From NCBI GenBank assembly GCA_041749915.1, contig JBGTAJ010000258.1:22955-86954 (forward strand): DNA of 64,000 bases, in the 5' to 3' direction. Of this stretch, positions 31,920 through 41,542 are shown piece by piece; the first letter of the stretch is position 1, and each line of letters starts with the position of its first letter. The notes beneath the pieces were generated by a model, which was given only the letters and a program-made list of their open reading frames with translations, was not told the origin of the DNA and made no database searches. Made by a program: the position numbers and the translations under genes. Source of the stretch: Flavobacteriales bacterium (lineage in GTDB: Bacteria; Bacteroidota; Bacteroidia; Flavobacteriales_F; PHOS-HE28).

Positions 31920-32834
31920 TCAGGCGTTGGTCTTGTCCTCCGGACGTGTCACTTCGGCGCGCAGGCCATCCACGGCCTTCACCAGTTCGGCATACTTCTC
32001 TGCGGTGAGCTCGATCTGCACCTCATCACCCAGCACCATGCGGCCCGATGCGGAACCTTCACGGTGGGGGATGCGCTTCACGTTCACGCGGTCATAGATA
32101 TCGCGGATCTTCACCAGCTCGCGGTAGATCGGCGCCACTTCGGCATCCGCCTCCAATGGCTTCATCAGTTCCAGCAGGTGCTCCAACGTGACCTTCTGCT
32201 CAGCAATGCGCGCCATCAATGGCTCACTCTCCCCAAAGGCCTCGATCTGGCGGATGACCAGGTGCATGCTCTCGATCCATCCACCGGCGAGCACCAGGGC
32301 CAGCGTCGGTCCCATCTTCTCGCTCTGCAGCTTCTCGTAGGCCTTCATGTATGCCTCGTTGCTGATCACCTCCAGAGAGTCGCCACGGGTAAGGTTAGAT
32401 TCCAGACGGATAAAATCGGCATCGTTGAACGCCGACGCCAGTCCGAGGCCTTCACCCAGCTTCTTCGTGGTGAGGTAGTACCGTGCAACTTCCACATTCA
32501 GCTTGAAATAGCTGGCGTAGACAAGGTCCGTGGAGTAGACACCGAAGTTGATGGCCCGACTGCGCATGGAAACATAGCGATCCACATTGGAAGCCGGGTT
32601 GAGCATGCGCTTGTGCCCTTCGCCGGCCATTTCACGAACCAGCGTGAACAGCTCGTTAGGCGTGGGCATCTGGTACATGCTGGAGGCATCGGCCGCGTTC
32701 TCATCACCGATGACCAGTTCGGTGCCCCCGGCATCGGTCGGGGTATCCGTGTTGGAACCTCCACAGGCCGCAAGGCCCAAGGCCGCTAAAGCCAAAGGGA
32801 GGAGTGAACGTCGCTTGAAAGGTGATGGGGACAT
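31920..32834 (-). CDS. hypothetical helical lipoprotein
   Basis: Lipobox ALGLAACGG. No motif recognised. Lies 8 nt upstream of the previous gene. Confidence 0.55.
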   Translation of the reverse strand: MSPSPFKRRSLLPLALAALGLAACGGSNTDTPTDAGGTELVIGDENAADASSMYQMPTPNELFTLVREMAGEGHKRMLNPASNVDRYVSMRSRAINFGVYSTDLVYASYFKLNVEVARYYLTTKKLGEGLGLASAFNDADFIRLESNLTRGDSLEVISNEAYMKAYEKLQSEKMGPTLALVLAGGWIESMHLVIRQIEAFGESEPLMARIAEQKVTLEHLLELMKPLEADAEVAPIYRELVKIRDIYDRVNVKRIPHREGSASGRMVLGDEVQIELTAEKYAELVKAVDGLRAEVTRPEDKTNA

Positions 32835-32923
32835 GGGGTGCGGGAATGGTGGAACGCTCGATGGATCGCTTACAGCACACGAAGGAATAGCGCATATCGT
32901 GTGGTGCTGAGATCATTGTCCAT

Positions 32924-32931
32924 TACTTTTG
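32924..32931 (+). promoter_or_regulatory. candidate -7 box TACTTTTG (ndk)
   Basis: Perfect TAnnTTTG, 22 nt upstream of ATG 32954. Confidence 0.4.
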
Positions 32932-32953
32932 CGCCGCGTTTTCAACACCCCCC

Positions 32954-33373
32954 ATGGCAACAAACAGAACCTTCACGATGATCAAGCCCGAAGCGGTCGC
33001 CGCCGGGCACGCAGGCAAGATCATCGACATGATCATCTCCAACGGCTATCGCATCATTGCGCTGAAGTACACCCAGCTTTCCACCACGGAGGCCGGCAGC
33101 TTCTACGCCGTGCACAAGGAGCGTCCCTTCTATGGCGAACTGGTGGACTACATGGCCAGCGGCCCCATCTTCGCCGCGATCCTGGAGAAGGACAACGCCG
33201 TGGAGGATTTCCGCAAGCTGATCGGCGCCACCGACCCTGCCAACGCAGAGGAGGGTACCATCCGCAAGCGTTTCGCCGAGAGCAAGGCCAAGAACGCCGC
33301 TCATGGCAGCGACAGCGATGAGAACGCCTTCATCGAAGGCAACTTCTTCTTCAGCGGCCGCGAGCGCTACTGA
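32954..33373 (+). CDS. ndk: nucleoside-diphosphate kinase
   Basis: 139 aa. [11 protein letters not shown] and NAAHGSDS (catalytic His). Confidence 0.95.
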   Translation: MATNRTFTMIKPEAVAAGHAGKIIDMIISNGYRIIALKYTQLSTTEAGSFYAVHKERPFYGELVDYMASGPIFAAILEKDNAVEDFRKLIGATDPANAEEGTIRKRFAESKAKNAAHGSDSDENAFIEGNFFFSGRERY

Positions 33374-33431
33374 AGCCTGAACACGCGCTGCCGGCTCCAT
33401 CGGGCCGACCGGTGCTGTTGTTCATACCGAC

Positions 33432-33725
33432 CTACTCCAGAATGATCTCTTCGACCACCGTGCGTCCTGCACGGTGGTTGAGGACCTCCTTGAGCGCCTC
33501 GCGCATGTAGCTCAGCTCATGCCGCAGCGGTGCCGAATCCACACGCACACGCAGGCGTCCCTCCCTCAAGCGCACGGTCACCGTGTGCCGGGCCACCATG
33601 GGGCCCACCAGTTTGTCCCACGCCGTGGTGATGTCCAGTTCGTCCATGCGTTCCCGCATGCCGAAGGCATCGACCAGCCGGTCAAGCGCTTCAGTGAGCG
33701 ACTGTTCGTTGGATCGTTTCTTCAC
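33432..33725 (-). CDS. DUF721-family protein (usual recF neighbour)
   Basis: GTG start giving VKKRSNEQSLTEAL...DSAPLRHELSYMREAL, about 97 aa. Overlaps the recF 3' end by 35 nt. Confidence 0.65.
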   Translation of the reverse strand: MKKRSNEQSLTEALDRLVDAFGMRERMDELDITTAWDKLVGPMVARHTVTVRLREGRLRVRVDSAPLRHELSYMREALKEVLNHRAGRTVVEEIILE

Positions 33726-34830
33726 GGGTGATGGTGCTGTTGGCGCCGATGTGGAAGAAGCGCACGTCCAGGTCGGACCCGTCCAGGGCCGCATGCAGCC
33801 GCTGCGCATCGGTGTCCGTGATGAGCACCTGGCCGAAACGCTGGCCGCTCATCAGGCCCAGCAAGTGCCGCATGCGCAGTGGGTCGATCTTGTCGAAGAT
33901 GTCATCGAGGAGCAGGATCGGTCGCTTCCCGCCCCGGGCCAGCGTCAGGTCGAACTGGGCCAATTTCAGCGCGATGAGGTAGGTCTTCTGTTGCCCTTGG
34001 GAACCGTGGCGCTTCAGGGGCTGGTCATCCAGGGTGAAGACCAGGTCATCCTTGTGGATCCCCACCGTGGTGTACTGCGCAGCACGGTCACGCCCCCAGC
34101 TCTCCGTGAGCAGGTCGCGAAAGGAGGCCTCGGAAAGAGCCGAGCGGTAGATCAAGGCCACGCGCTCCTCACCGGAACTGATGCCCTGGTAGTGCTTCTC
34201 CAACAGCGGCACCATCTCCTGCATGAACGCCGACCGGACCCGATGGACCTGTTCGCCATGGTGCACCAATTGCTCGTCCCAGGGCTCCAGGTCCTGCAGT
34301 GACCCACCACCGGTCAGGGCAAATCGTTTCAGCAGGGCGTTCCGCTGCACCAAGGAGCGGTTATAGCGGATGAGGGCATCGAGGTAGGCCTTGTCGAACT
34401 GGGCGATGAGGCCGTCCAGGAAGCGCCGGCGAACCTCCGAACCGTCGAGCACCAGCTGTCCATCGTAGGGCGTGATCATCACCACGGGGTACTGGCCCAC
34501 GTGATCGGCCATCCGATCATACTCCTTGCGGTTGCGGCTCACCACCTTGCGATGGCCCCGGCGCACGCTGCACAGCACCTGGTCCTCACCGGCCTCGGTG
34601 TGCATCGTCCCCTGCACCATGAAGAAGTCCTCGCCATGCTGGATGTTATGGATGTCCACCGCCTCGAAATAGCTCTTGCACAAGGAGAGGTAGTGCACGG
34701 CGTCCAGCAGATTGGTCTTCCCGGCTCCATTGTTCCCCACGAAGCAGTTCACCTCGGGGCCCAGTGCCACCTCCACCTCCCGGTGGTTCCGGAATTGCAG
34801 CAAGCGCAGGCGTTCGAGGTGCAGGCTCAT
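33691..34830 (-). CDS. recF: DNA replication and repair protein RecF
   Basis: Walker A GNNGAGKTNLLDA and Walker B ILLLDDIF. Start at MSLHLERLRLLQFRNH. Confidence 0.9.
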   Translation of the reverse strand: MSLHLERLRLLQFRNHREVEVALGPEVNCFVGNNGAGKTNLLDAVHYLSLCKSYFEAVDIHNIQHGEDFFMVQGTMHTEAGEDQVLCSVRRGHRKVVSRNRKEYDRMADHVGQYPVVMITPYDGQLVLDGSEVRRRFLDGLIAQFDKAYLDALIRYNRSLVQRNALLKRFALTGGGSLQDLEPWDEQLVHHGEQVHRVRSAFMQEMVPLLEKHYQGISSGEERVALIYRSALSEASFRDLLTESWGRDRAAQYTTVGIHKDDLVFTLDDQPLKRHGSQGQQKTYLIALKLAQFDLTLARGGKRPILLLDDIFDKIDPLRMRHLLGLMSGQRFGQVLITDTDAQRLHAALDGSDLDVRFFHIGANSTITREETIQRTVAH

Positions 34831-34841
34831 GGGGAGGGGAG

Positions 34842-34849
34842 CAAAGTTA
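34842..34849 (-). promoter_or_regulatory. candidate -7 box TAACTTTG (recF)
   Basis: The plus strand reads CAAAGTTA, a perfect TAnnTTTG on the minus strand. It lies 11 nt upstream of ATG 34830. Confidence 0.45.
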
Positions 34850-34941
34850 GCCGCCCCTTTCAGGTTCCCTTCATCCACGGGCCATAGCTCAAAACTCGGT
34901 GCAGCACCCCCCTTCGCCGGTCGTCAAGTCCTGAAAAGGTC

Positions 34942-34949
34942 TATTTTTG
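34942..34949 (+). promoter_or_regulatory. candidate -7 box TATTTTTG (TPR-like gene / ribH)
   Basis: Perfect TAnnTTTG, 53 nt upstream of ATG 35003. Confidence 0.4.
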
Positions 34950-35002
34950 CGCCTCGCTGAACGGGCCTGTCCCTTCGGAAGCACCGGAAAAGCGCCACAC
35001 GC

Positions 35003-35698
35003 ATGAGCAAAAAGACCACCCCCGAGAACGCCGGCACACACGATGTCGACCTTGGTGAAGTGTACAGCCGCACAGAGCTGTTCCTCGACAAGAACAAGCA
35101 GGCCATCACCATCGCCGCCGTGGGCCTGATCGTGGTCGTGGGCGGTGTCCTGGGCTACAAGAAGCTCATCTCCGAACCCAAGGCGAAGGAGGCCAGCGAG
35201 ATGATGTGGAAGGCCGAGTACTACTTCGAGATGGACTCGCTGGACAAGGCCATGAACGGCGATGACCAGTGGCCCGGCTTCCTGACCATCGCTTCGGACT
35301 ACAGCGGCACGCCCAGCGGCGAACTGGCGAATGCCTACCTCGGAGCCATCTACATGCAGAAAGGCGAGTTCGACCTGGCCATCGAGCATTACAAGAAGTC
35401 CGATGTGGATGATGACGTGCTGCGCGTGATAGCTGTGGGCAACCAGGGCGACGCCTTGGTGGAACTGGGCCGCACGGACGAAGCCGTGAAGCTGTTCGAA
35501 AAGGCCGCAGGCATGACGAAGAACGACTTCACCACGCCGATGTACCTCATGAAAGCCGGTATCCTGCACCAGCAGGCCGGCAACTGGAGCGCAGCCGCCA
35601 AGGCCTTCAACCGCATCGCCAAGGAGTTCCCCACCAGCAGCGAAGCCAGCCAGGCCCGCAAGTATGCCGGTCGTGCCGAGGCTGAAGCCGCGAAGTGA
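35003..35698 (+). CDS. membrane-anchored TPR-like protein
   Basis: Single TM AITIAAVGLIVVVGGVLGY, then helical TPR-like repeats. Lies 3 nt upstream of ribH. Confidence 0.6.
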   Translation: MSKKTTPENAGTHDVDLGEVYSRTELFLDKNKQAITIAAVGLIVVVGGVLGYKKLISEPKAKEASEMMWKAEYYFEMDSLDKAMNGDDQWPGFLTIASDYSGTPSGELANAYLGAIYMQKGEFDLAIEHYKKSDVDDDVLRVIAVGNQGDALVELGRTDEAVKLFEKAAGMTKNDFTTPMYLMKAGILHQQAGNWSAAAKAFNRIAKEFPTSSEASQARKYAGRAEAEAAK

Positions 35699-35701
35699 GC
35701 C

Positions 35702-36199
35702 ATGGCCACGGCCCAACACCATCTTTCCATCTACGATCCGACCAGCGTCCCCAGTGGCGCTGGTCTTCGTTTTGCCCTGGTCGTCAGCGAATGGAACCAC
35801 GCCATCACCGATGCCCTGCGCCAGGGTGCCCGTGAGACCCTGCTGCGGCATGGCGTGAACGAGGCGGATATCGTGGAACGCTGGGTGCCGGGAAGCTTTG
35901 AGCTCGCCGCAGGGGCACAGTTCCTGCTGGAGTCCGGAAGCTTTCATGGCGTGATCTGCCTGGGCAGCGTGGTCCGCGGAGAGACCCCACACTTTGATTT
36001 CGTGTGCCACGGCACCACCCAGGGCATCATGGCCGTGGGACTGAAGTTCAGCAGGCCCGTGATCTTCGGGGTGCTCACTGACGATACCCTGCAGCAGGCC
36101 CAGGACCGCAGCGGCGGAAAACACGGGAACAAGGGCATAGATTGCGCCGTGGCAGCGCTGAAAATGGCTGCGCTCCGTTCGTCCGCGACGGCTCAATAG
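35702..36199 (+). CDS. ribH: 6,7-dimethyl-8-ribityllumazine synthase
   Basis: RFALVVSEWNHAITDAL, VPGSFELA and GVLT are typical of RibH. Confidence 0.9.
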   Translation: MATAQHHLSIYDPTSVPSGAGLRFALVVSEWNHAITDALRQGARETLLRHGVNEADIVERWVPGSFELAAGAQFLLESGSFHGVICLGSVVRGETPHFDFVCHGTTQGIMAVGLKFSRPVIFGVLTDDTLQQAQDRSGGKHGNKGIDCAVAALKMAALRSSATAQ

Positions 36200-36222
36200 G
36201 TCCGATGGGCGATCTTCGCCCC

Positions 36223-36834
36223 ATGCGCCTGCTGATCATCCTACTTCTGTCGTGCTCCCTCAATGCATCCGCTCAGCTGAAGACCGGTCCTCGGGCAGGC
36301 CTGTCCCTGGCTACGATCTCCACCGGTGGGCTCTTCAATTGGAACGGACTACCGAAGCTCGGTCCCATCCTGGGCTGGAGCTTTGAAGTGCCATGGACAG
36401 CCCAGGCCTCCTTCCTGATCGAGCCGATGTACATCAGCAAAGGCAGCCTGACCCAGAACGCCGCCCAGAATACCTGGACATCCGTGCGTCTGGGCTATTT
36501 GGAGTTGCCCGTGATGTTCAAGGTGTCCACGGATACCGTGCCGAACGGTTTTTTCCTCACCGCCGGGTTCATGGTCGGCTATTGGTTGAACGGCAGGCAG
36601 GTGACCAAGCAGGATGGCAACGTCCTTTTCGACCAGAAATACACCCTCTCCGGGTCCACCGATCGGACGGAATATAGTGCTGGGATCGGACTCGGCTGGG
36701 ACCGGCCAAGGAGCCGCTTCGAGGTCAGGTTCCAGACGAGCGTCTCCCCTTTCGCCGCGCTATTGCAAGGGCAGAACCTCATCGCCGGGTTGCACTACAC
36801 GTACCTGCTTCCCATGGCTCCCAAGGAGAAGTAA
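36223..36834 (+). CDS. porin-family outer-membrane beta-barrel protein
   Basis: Signal MRLLIILLLSCSLNASAQ, followed by alternating beta-strand pattern. Confidence 0.65.
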   Translation: MRLLIILLLSCSLNASAQLKTGPRAGLSLATISTGGLFNWNGLPKLGPILGWSFEVPWTAQASFLIEPMYISKGSLTQNAAQNTWTSVRLGYLELPVMFKVSTDTVPNGFFLTAGFMVGYWLNGRQVTKQDGNVLFDQKYTLSGSTDRTEYSAGIGLGWDRPRSRFEVRFQTSVSPFAALLQGQNLIAGLHYTYLLPMAPKEK

Positions 36835-36861
36835 GCGCCTATTGAACAGAGCTGTTCGACC

Positions 36862-37506
36862 ATGAGCTTCACCACTTCTTCCTCTATCGGCAGGGTCAAT
36901 TTCCGCGGGAACAGCCTTCTGAAGGTCTACCTCTCGCTGTTCCTGATCGCCTGGGCCTGGACCTTCATCGGCACCACCGACCTGGCCAATTGGATCACGG
37001 AGAACGTGCTCACCATCCTGTTCATCGCAGGACTGGTCCTCACCCACCGTCGTTTCCAGTTCAGCGATCTGAGCTATACCCTGTTCTTCGTCTACATCCT
37101 GCTGCATATCTACGGAGCCATGTACACCTATGCCGAGAACCCGCTGGGGTATTGGCTGAAGGACCTGTTCCAGGGGGAGCGTAACCAGTATGACCGGATC
37201 GTGCACTTCAGTTTCGGGTTCATGCTGGCCTACCCGATGCGCGACCATTTCAAGAACCATTTCCAGTGGCCAAACTGGGTGTGCTGGGTGCTGCCGGTGG
37301 AGATCACCATGAGCTTCAGTGCGGCCTATGAGCTGATCGAATGGGCCGTGGCCGACCTCTTCTTCCCCGCACAGGGTCACGCCTACCTGGGTTCGCAGGG
37401 AGACGTGTGGGATGCCCAGAAGGACATGGGGCTGGCGTTCAGCGGGGCCGTGCTGGCCATGTTGCTGGCGAGCACGATCAAGCGGCTTGCAAGTCGATCG
37501 GAATAG
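36862..37506 (+). CDS. DUF2238 (YjdF-like) membrane protein
   Basis: Multi-TM protein with NQYDRIVHFSFGF and AYELIEW motifs remembered from the YjdF family. Not searched. Confidence 0.6.
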   Translation: MSFTTSSSIGRVNFRGNSLLKVYLSLFLIAWAWTFIGTTDLANWITENVLTILFIAGLVLTHRRFQFSDLSYTLFFVYILLHIYGAMYTYAENPLGYWLKDLFQGERNQYDRIVHFSFGFMLAYPMRDHFKNHFQWPNWVCWVLPVEITMSFSAAYELIEWAVADLFFPAQGHAYLGSQGDVWDAQKDMGLAFSGAVLAMLLASTIKRLASRSE

Positions 37507-37517
37507 GCCGCCTCACC

Positions 37518-38024
37518 TCAGACCTTCGTCCGCACCTTCGACCATTCCTTGACCTGCCAGGTCACTGTGCCCGTGGCGAGGTGGTTACCGCTGCGATCAT
37601 GCAGTTCAACGACGCTGGTATGGTCCACGGAATCAGCGGAACGCAAGGGAGCGACGACCTTCTCCTCGATCTCTGCCGCGGTGGGTACGCAGGTGGCGTG
37701 TGCGGGCTGCTTCGCCTGGTAGTGGTAGGCCATGTGCAGCGTGCGCATGATGAGCCGGTACTTCTTCGGGTCGAGCCGTTCCAACAGTGAGAGCCCGCTG
37801 CACATCTCGGCCGCGGTGGCCAGGGCGCAGGCATGGATGCCCTTGATGTGGTTGCGGTTCACCCGCCAGTTCGGGATGGAGACCCGGATGCCACCTAGCG
37901 GCAAAGGGATGACCTTGAAGCCATGTGGGCGATTGAAGGGGATCATCCACGACAGCGCGTGGTTGAGCCACCACCGCGTGAATCCGGATGAACGGGCCTT
38001 GGTGAGAAGGGTGGGCAGGTGCAT
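37518..38024 (-). CDS. hotdog-fold protein (DUF4442/thioesterase-like)
   Basis: NHIKGIHACALATAAEMCSG is typical of PaaI/DUF4442-type hotdog proteins. Confidence 0.55.
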   Translation of the reverse strand: MHLPTLLTKARSSGFTRWWLNHALSWMIPFNRPHGFKVIPLPLGGIRVSIPNWRVNRNHIKGIHACALATAAEMCSGLSLLERLDPKKYRLIMRTLHMAYHYQAKQPAHATCVPTAAEIEEKVVAPLRSADSVDHTSVVELHDRSGNHLATGTVTWQVKEWSKVRTKV

Positions 38025-38072
38025 TTGGAAGGTGGGATCTTGTGGGACCAGCGTTCGCCCTATGATCGGCGA

Positions 38073-38483
38073 TCAGCGAGCAAGGATCGTTGCGATATCC
38101 GGGCGGAAATACGCGGGGCCTTTGAGCACCTTGCCGTCCTCCCGATAGATCGGTCTTCCATCCTCACCGAGCTTGCTCATGTTGCTGCGCTGGATCTCCC
38201 GGAACACCTCGTGGATCTTGTGCTCCAGTCCGTGTTTGAGCAGCGTGCCGCAGAGGATGTACAGGATGTCGCCCAGTGCATCGGCCACCTCCACGAGATC
38301 GCCACGCAGGGCAGCTTCGAGGTACTCCTCATTCTCCTCGCGGATCAGCTTGTAGCGCAGCAGGGCATCGCGATCGCCCAGGTCGCCGGTGGGAACAGCG
38401 GCGTTGGGAATGCCGAAGGCGTCGTGGAAGGAACGGACATGCTCGATGGCCTCAGCCAGGGACAGCGGTTCGGTGGTGGTCAT
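38073..38483 (-). CDS. MazG-like nucleotide pyrophosphohydrolase
   Basis: REENEEYLEA...EVADALGDILY is the EExE...D MazG helix pair. Start at MTTTEP. Confidence 0.7.
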   Translation of the reverse strand: MTTTEPLSLAEAIEHVRSFHDAFGIPNAAVPTGDLGDRDALLRYKLIREENEEYLEAALRGDLVEVADALGDILYILCGTLLKHGLEHKIHEVFREIQRSNMSKLGEDGRPIYREDGKVLKGPAYFRPDIATILAR

Positions 38484-38626
38484 GGCCCGAAGGTAGGAGC
38501 CCGCGGGCAGGCATTCGCGTGCTGAACGGTTAACACTCTTTAACGGGCCATCTTTGCAGGCCGCTTGCGGCTTCCAGCACCTTTGCGCCCACCTTCGGCC
38601 TCTGGCCGCAACAGCGACGACCAACC

Positions 38627-39655
38627 ATGGAGACTCCCTCGGAACCAACGACCACACCGGTCACATCGGACAGCATCCGCGCGCTGAACGAGCGCATCCA
38701 ACAGGCCAGTAGCTTCGTCGACCTGATCGACCGCGAGATGGGCAAGGTGATCGTGGGGCAGAAGGACATGGTGCAGAAGCTGCTCGTGGCCCTGCTCGCC
38801 GATGGCCACATCCTGCTGGAGGGTGTGCCCGGGCTGGCGAAGACCATGGCGATCAAGGCGCTCGCCCAGGCCGTGAACGTGGACTTCAGCCGGATCCAGT
38901 TCACCCCGGACCTGCTGCCCGCCGACCTGATCGGCACCATGATCTACAGCCCCCGAAGCGAAGAGTTCAGCGTGAAGAAGGGACCGATCTTCAGCAACTT
39001 CGTCCTGGCCGATGAGATCAACCGGGCGCCGGCCAAGGTGCAGAGCGCCCTGCTGGAAGCCATGCAGGAGCGGCAGGTCACCCTCGGTGCGCAGACCTAT
39101 CCGCTGCCACAGCCCTTCCTGGTACTGGCCACGATGAACCCCATCGAACAGGAAGGCACCTACCCGCTGCCCGAGGCCCAGACGGACCGCTTCATGCTGA
39201 AAGTGGTGCTGGACTATCCTTTGAAGGAGGAGGAGAAATTGATCATCCGCCAGAACGTGCGACCCGGTGGCATGCTCACCCCTTCCAAGGTGGTGCAGGC
39301 CGAAGAGATCATCGCCGCGCGGGCGCTGGTGCGTGAGGTGTACATGGATGAGAAGATCGAGCAGTACATCGTGGACATCGTTTACGCCACACGGAAGCCG
39401 GACCAGTACAAATTATCGGACCTCACCTCCCTGATCGGGTTCGGTGGAAGCCCGCGTGCCAGCATCAACATGGCGCTCGCCGCGAAAGCACTGGCCTTCA
39501 TCAAACACCGTGGTTATGTGATCCCCGAGGATGTGCGTGCCGTGTGCCCGGATGTGCTGCGCCACCGGATCGGGCTCACGTACGAGGCCGAGGCGGAAGG
39601 CATCACCGTCAACGACATCATCGAACGCGTGCTGAACACGGTGGAGGTGCCTTGA
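38627..39655 (+). CDS. MoxR-family AAA+ ATPase
   Basis: Walker A LLEGVPGLAKT, Walker B VLADEINRA and TMNPIEQEGTYPLPEAQTDRF. Confidence 0.9.
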   Translation: METPSEPTTTPVTSDSIRALNERIQQASSFVDLIDREMGKVIVGQKDMVQKLLVALLADGHILLEGVPGLAKTMAIKALAQAVNVDFSRIQFTPDLLPADLIGTMIYSPRSEEFSVKKGPIFSNFVLADEINRAPAKVQSALLEAMQERQVTLGAQTYPLPQPFLVLATMNPIEQEGTYPLPEAQTDRFMLKVVLDYPLKEEEKLIIRQNVRPGGMLTPSKVVQAEEIIAARALVREVYMDEKIEQYIVDIVYATRKPDQYKLSDLTSLIGFGGSPRASINMALAAKALAFIKHRGYVIPEDVRAVCPDVLRHRIGLTYEAEAEGITVNDIIERVLNTVEVP

Positions 39656-39728
39656 ACCAGGCGCAAGGGCAGGAGGAGTAACTCTTTCCAGCCCCTGCTC
39701 CTGTCCCCCACCGCTGCGCTTCGCATCC

Positions 39729-40616
39729 ATGAACACGGCCCAACATACCAAGGAGCTCCTGAAGAAGGTGCACCTCATCGAGCTGAAGACACGCGGCTTG
39801 AGCGAGCACATCTTCTCCGGTGAGTACCAGAGCGCGTTCAAAGGGCGCGGCATGACCTTCAGCGAGGTGCGCGAATACATGCCCGGGGACGAGGTGCGCA
39901 CGATCGACTGGAACGTGACGGCACGCTTCGGGCATCCCTTCGTGAAGGTGTTCGAGGAGGAACGGGAGCTTACCGTGATGCTGGTGGCGGATGTCAGTGC
40001 ATCGGAGGATTTCGGCACCGCCACCCAGTTGAAGCGCGAGCTGATCACGGAGGCCTGCGCCACCATTGCGTTCAGCGCCATCAAGAACAACGATAAGGTG
40101 GGCCTGATCCTCTTCAGCGACCGCGTGGAGAAGTTCATCCCGCCCAAAAAGGGACGCACGCACATCCTCCGGCTCATCCGCGAACTGCTCGAGTTCAGGG
40201 CCGCCCATCGCGCCACGGACATCACCGAGGCCCTGCGCTACCTGAACAACGTGATCAAGAAACGCAGTATCGCCTTCCTCATCAGTGACCTGATGGACGA
40301 GGGCTATGACGATGCCCTGAAGATCGCCAACCGCAAGCACGACCTCATCGTGCTGCGCACCGTGGACCCCCGCGAAGGCGAACTGCCGAACATGGGTCTT
40401 GTGCAGTTCACCGATCCCGAGACGGGCTCCGTGCGGTGGGTGAACACGGCCAGCCGCGCCATCCGGAATGCATACCGCGCCGCCGCCTTGAAACGGCACA
40501 ATCGCTCACGCGAACTGCTGCGCCGCTCCGGCGTGGACCACGCCACCATCTCCACCAGCGGCGGCTATGTGAAGCCCCTGATGAACCTCTTCAAACAGCG
40601 GGAAGGCGGACGATGA
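39729..40616 (+). CDS. DUF58-domain protein (MoxR partner)
   Basis: SEVREYMPGDEVRTIDWNVTAR, followed by a VWA-like fold region. Confidence 0.85.
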   Translation: MNTAQHTKELLKKVHLIELKTRGLSEHIFSGEYQSAFKGRGMTFSEVREYMPGDEVRTIDWNVTARFGHPFVKVFEEERELTVMLVADVSASEDFGTATQLKRELITEACATIAFSAIKNNDKVGLILFSDRVEKFIPPKKGRTHILRLIRELLEFRAAHRATDITEALRYLNNVIKKRSIAFLISDLMDEGYDDALKIANRKHDLIVLRTVDPREGELPNMGLVQFTDPETGSVRWVNTASRAIRNAYRAAALKRHNRSRELLRRSGVDHATISTSGGYVKPLMNLFKQREGGR

Positions 40617-41542
40617 GACCGATCGGCATCCTCCTGCTCCTGTGGCCCATCCTCGCTCAGGCCCAAGTGCCCTCAGCGTCGCTGGACACCGCTGTACTAC
40701 GCATCGGTGAACAGGTGGAGCTGCTGCTTTCCATCGATCTTCCACTGGATGCGCCGGCGGGCATGATCGTCTGGCCCATGGTGGGCGACACGTTGACCTC
40801 CCGGCTCGAAGTGATCCGCAAAAGCCCGGTGGACAGTGTGCAGGATGCGGCCGGACTGCATCTGACCCAGCGCATCCTCCTGACCAGTTTCGACACGGGA
40901 CATTGGGCCATCCCACCCTTTGCGTTCGTGGTCTCCGGAAGCCCTCGGGAAACCCGCCCATTGCTGATCGAGGTGCGCAGCGTTGCCCTGGATGACCCCA
41001 AGGTCCAACGACCCGCGAAGACGATCCATGAAGTCCCCTTCTCCATCGGCTACTGGATCAGGGTGCACTTGGTGGAACTGCTGGCCGGCCTCGGCGCGTT
41101 GGTACTGATCATCGCCGGACTCTTCTATCTGACCCGCAAACGGAAGACCGTGCCGGAGCCCGTGGTGGAAGCACCGCTGGAGCCCGTGCACCTGCGGACC
41201 TTGCGGTCCCTGCGTGAACTGGACGCCAGCCGGCTTTGGCAACAGGGCGAGCACAAGGCCTACCACAGCCGCATCACCGATCTGCTGCGCAGCTACATCG
41301 AGGAACGGTATCAGGTCCCGGCGATGGAGAGCAGCACCGATGAACTGCTCCAGGAGCTTCGTGTGAGCCCCTTGAACAGTGAACAGCGGACACACCTGGA
41401 GAACATGTTGCGCCTGGCCGACTTGGTGAAGTTCGCCAAAGCCAAGCCCACCCCAGCGGAGAACGAACAGATGATGGTCGGTGCGATCCGGTTCGTGGAG
41501 GCAACACTGTCCAACTCAAACACGCAGCAGCATGTGGCGTGA
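40613..41542 (+). CDS. membrane protein of Bat operon (DUF4381-like)
   Basis: Signal peptide, a central TM LLAGLGALVLIIAGLFYL and C-terminal LADLVKFAKAKP. ATGA overlap with the DUF58 gene. Confidence 0.6.
   Translation: MRPIGILLLLWPILAQAQVPSASLDTAVLRIGEQVELLLSIDLPLDAPAGMIVWPMVGDTLTSRLEVIRKSPVDSVQDAAGLHLTQRILLTSFDTGHWAIPPFAFVVSGSPRETRPLLIEVRSVALDDPKVQRPAKTIHEVPFSIGYWIRVHLVELLAGLGALVLIIAGLFYLTRKRKTVPEPVVEAPLEPVHLRTLRSLRELDASRLWQQGEHKAYHSRITDLLRSYIEERYQVPAMESSTDELLQELRVSPLNSEQRTHLENMLRLADLVKFAKAKPTPAENEQMMVGAIRFVEATLSNSNTQQHVA

Noticed and set aside
34889-36196. 435-aa minus-strand ORF spanning the TPR-like gene and ribH. Similar long antisense ORFs occur at 27198-28436, 41274-42629, 42461-43453, 51730-52782 and 61858-63051.
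   Set aside because: All overlap confidently identified genes on the other strand. They show shadow-frame composition with no motifs.
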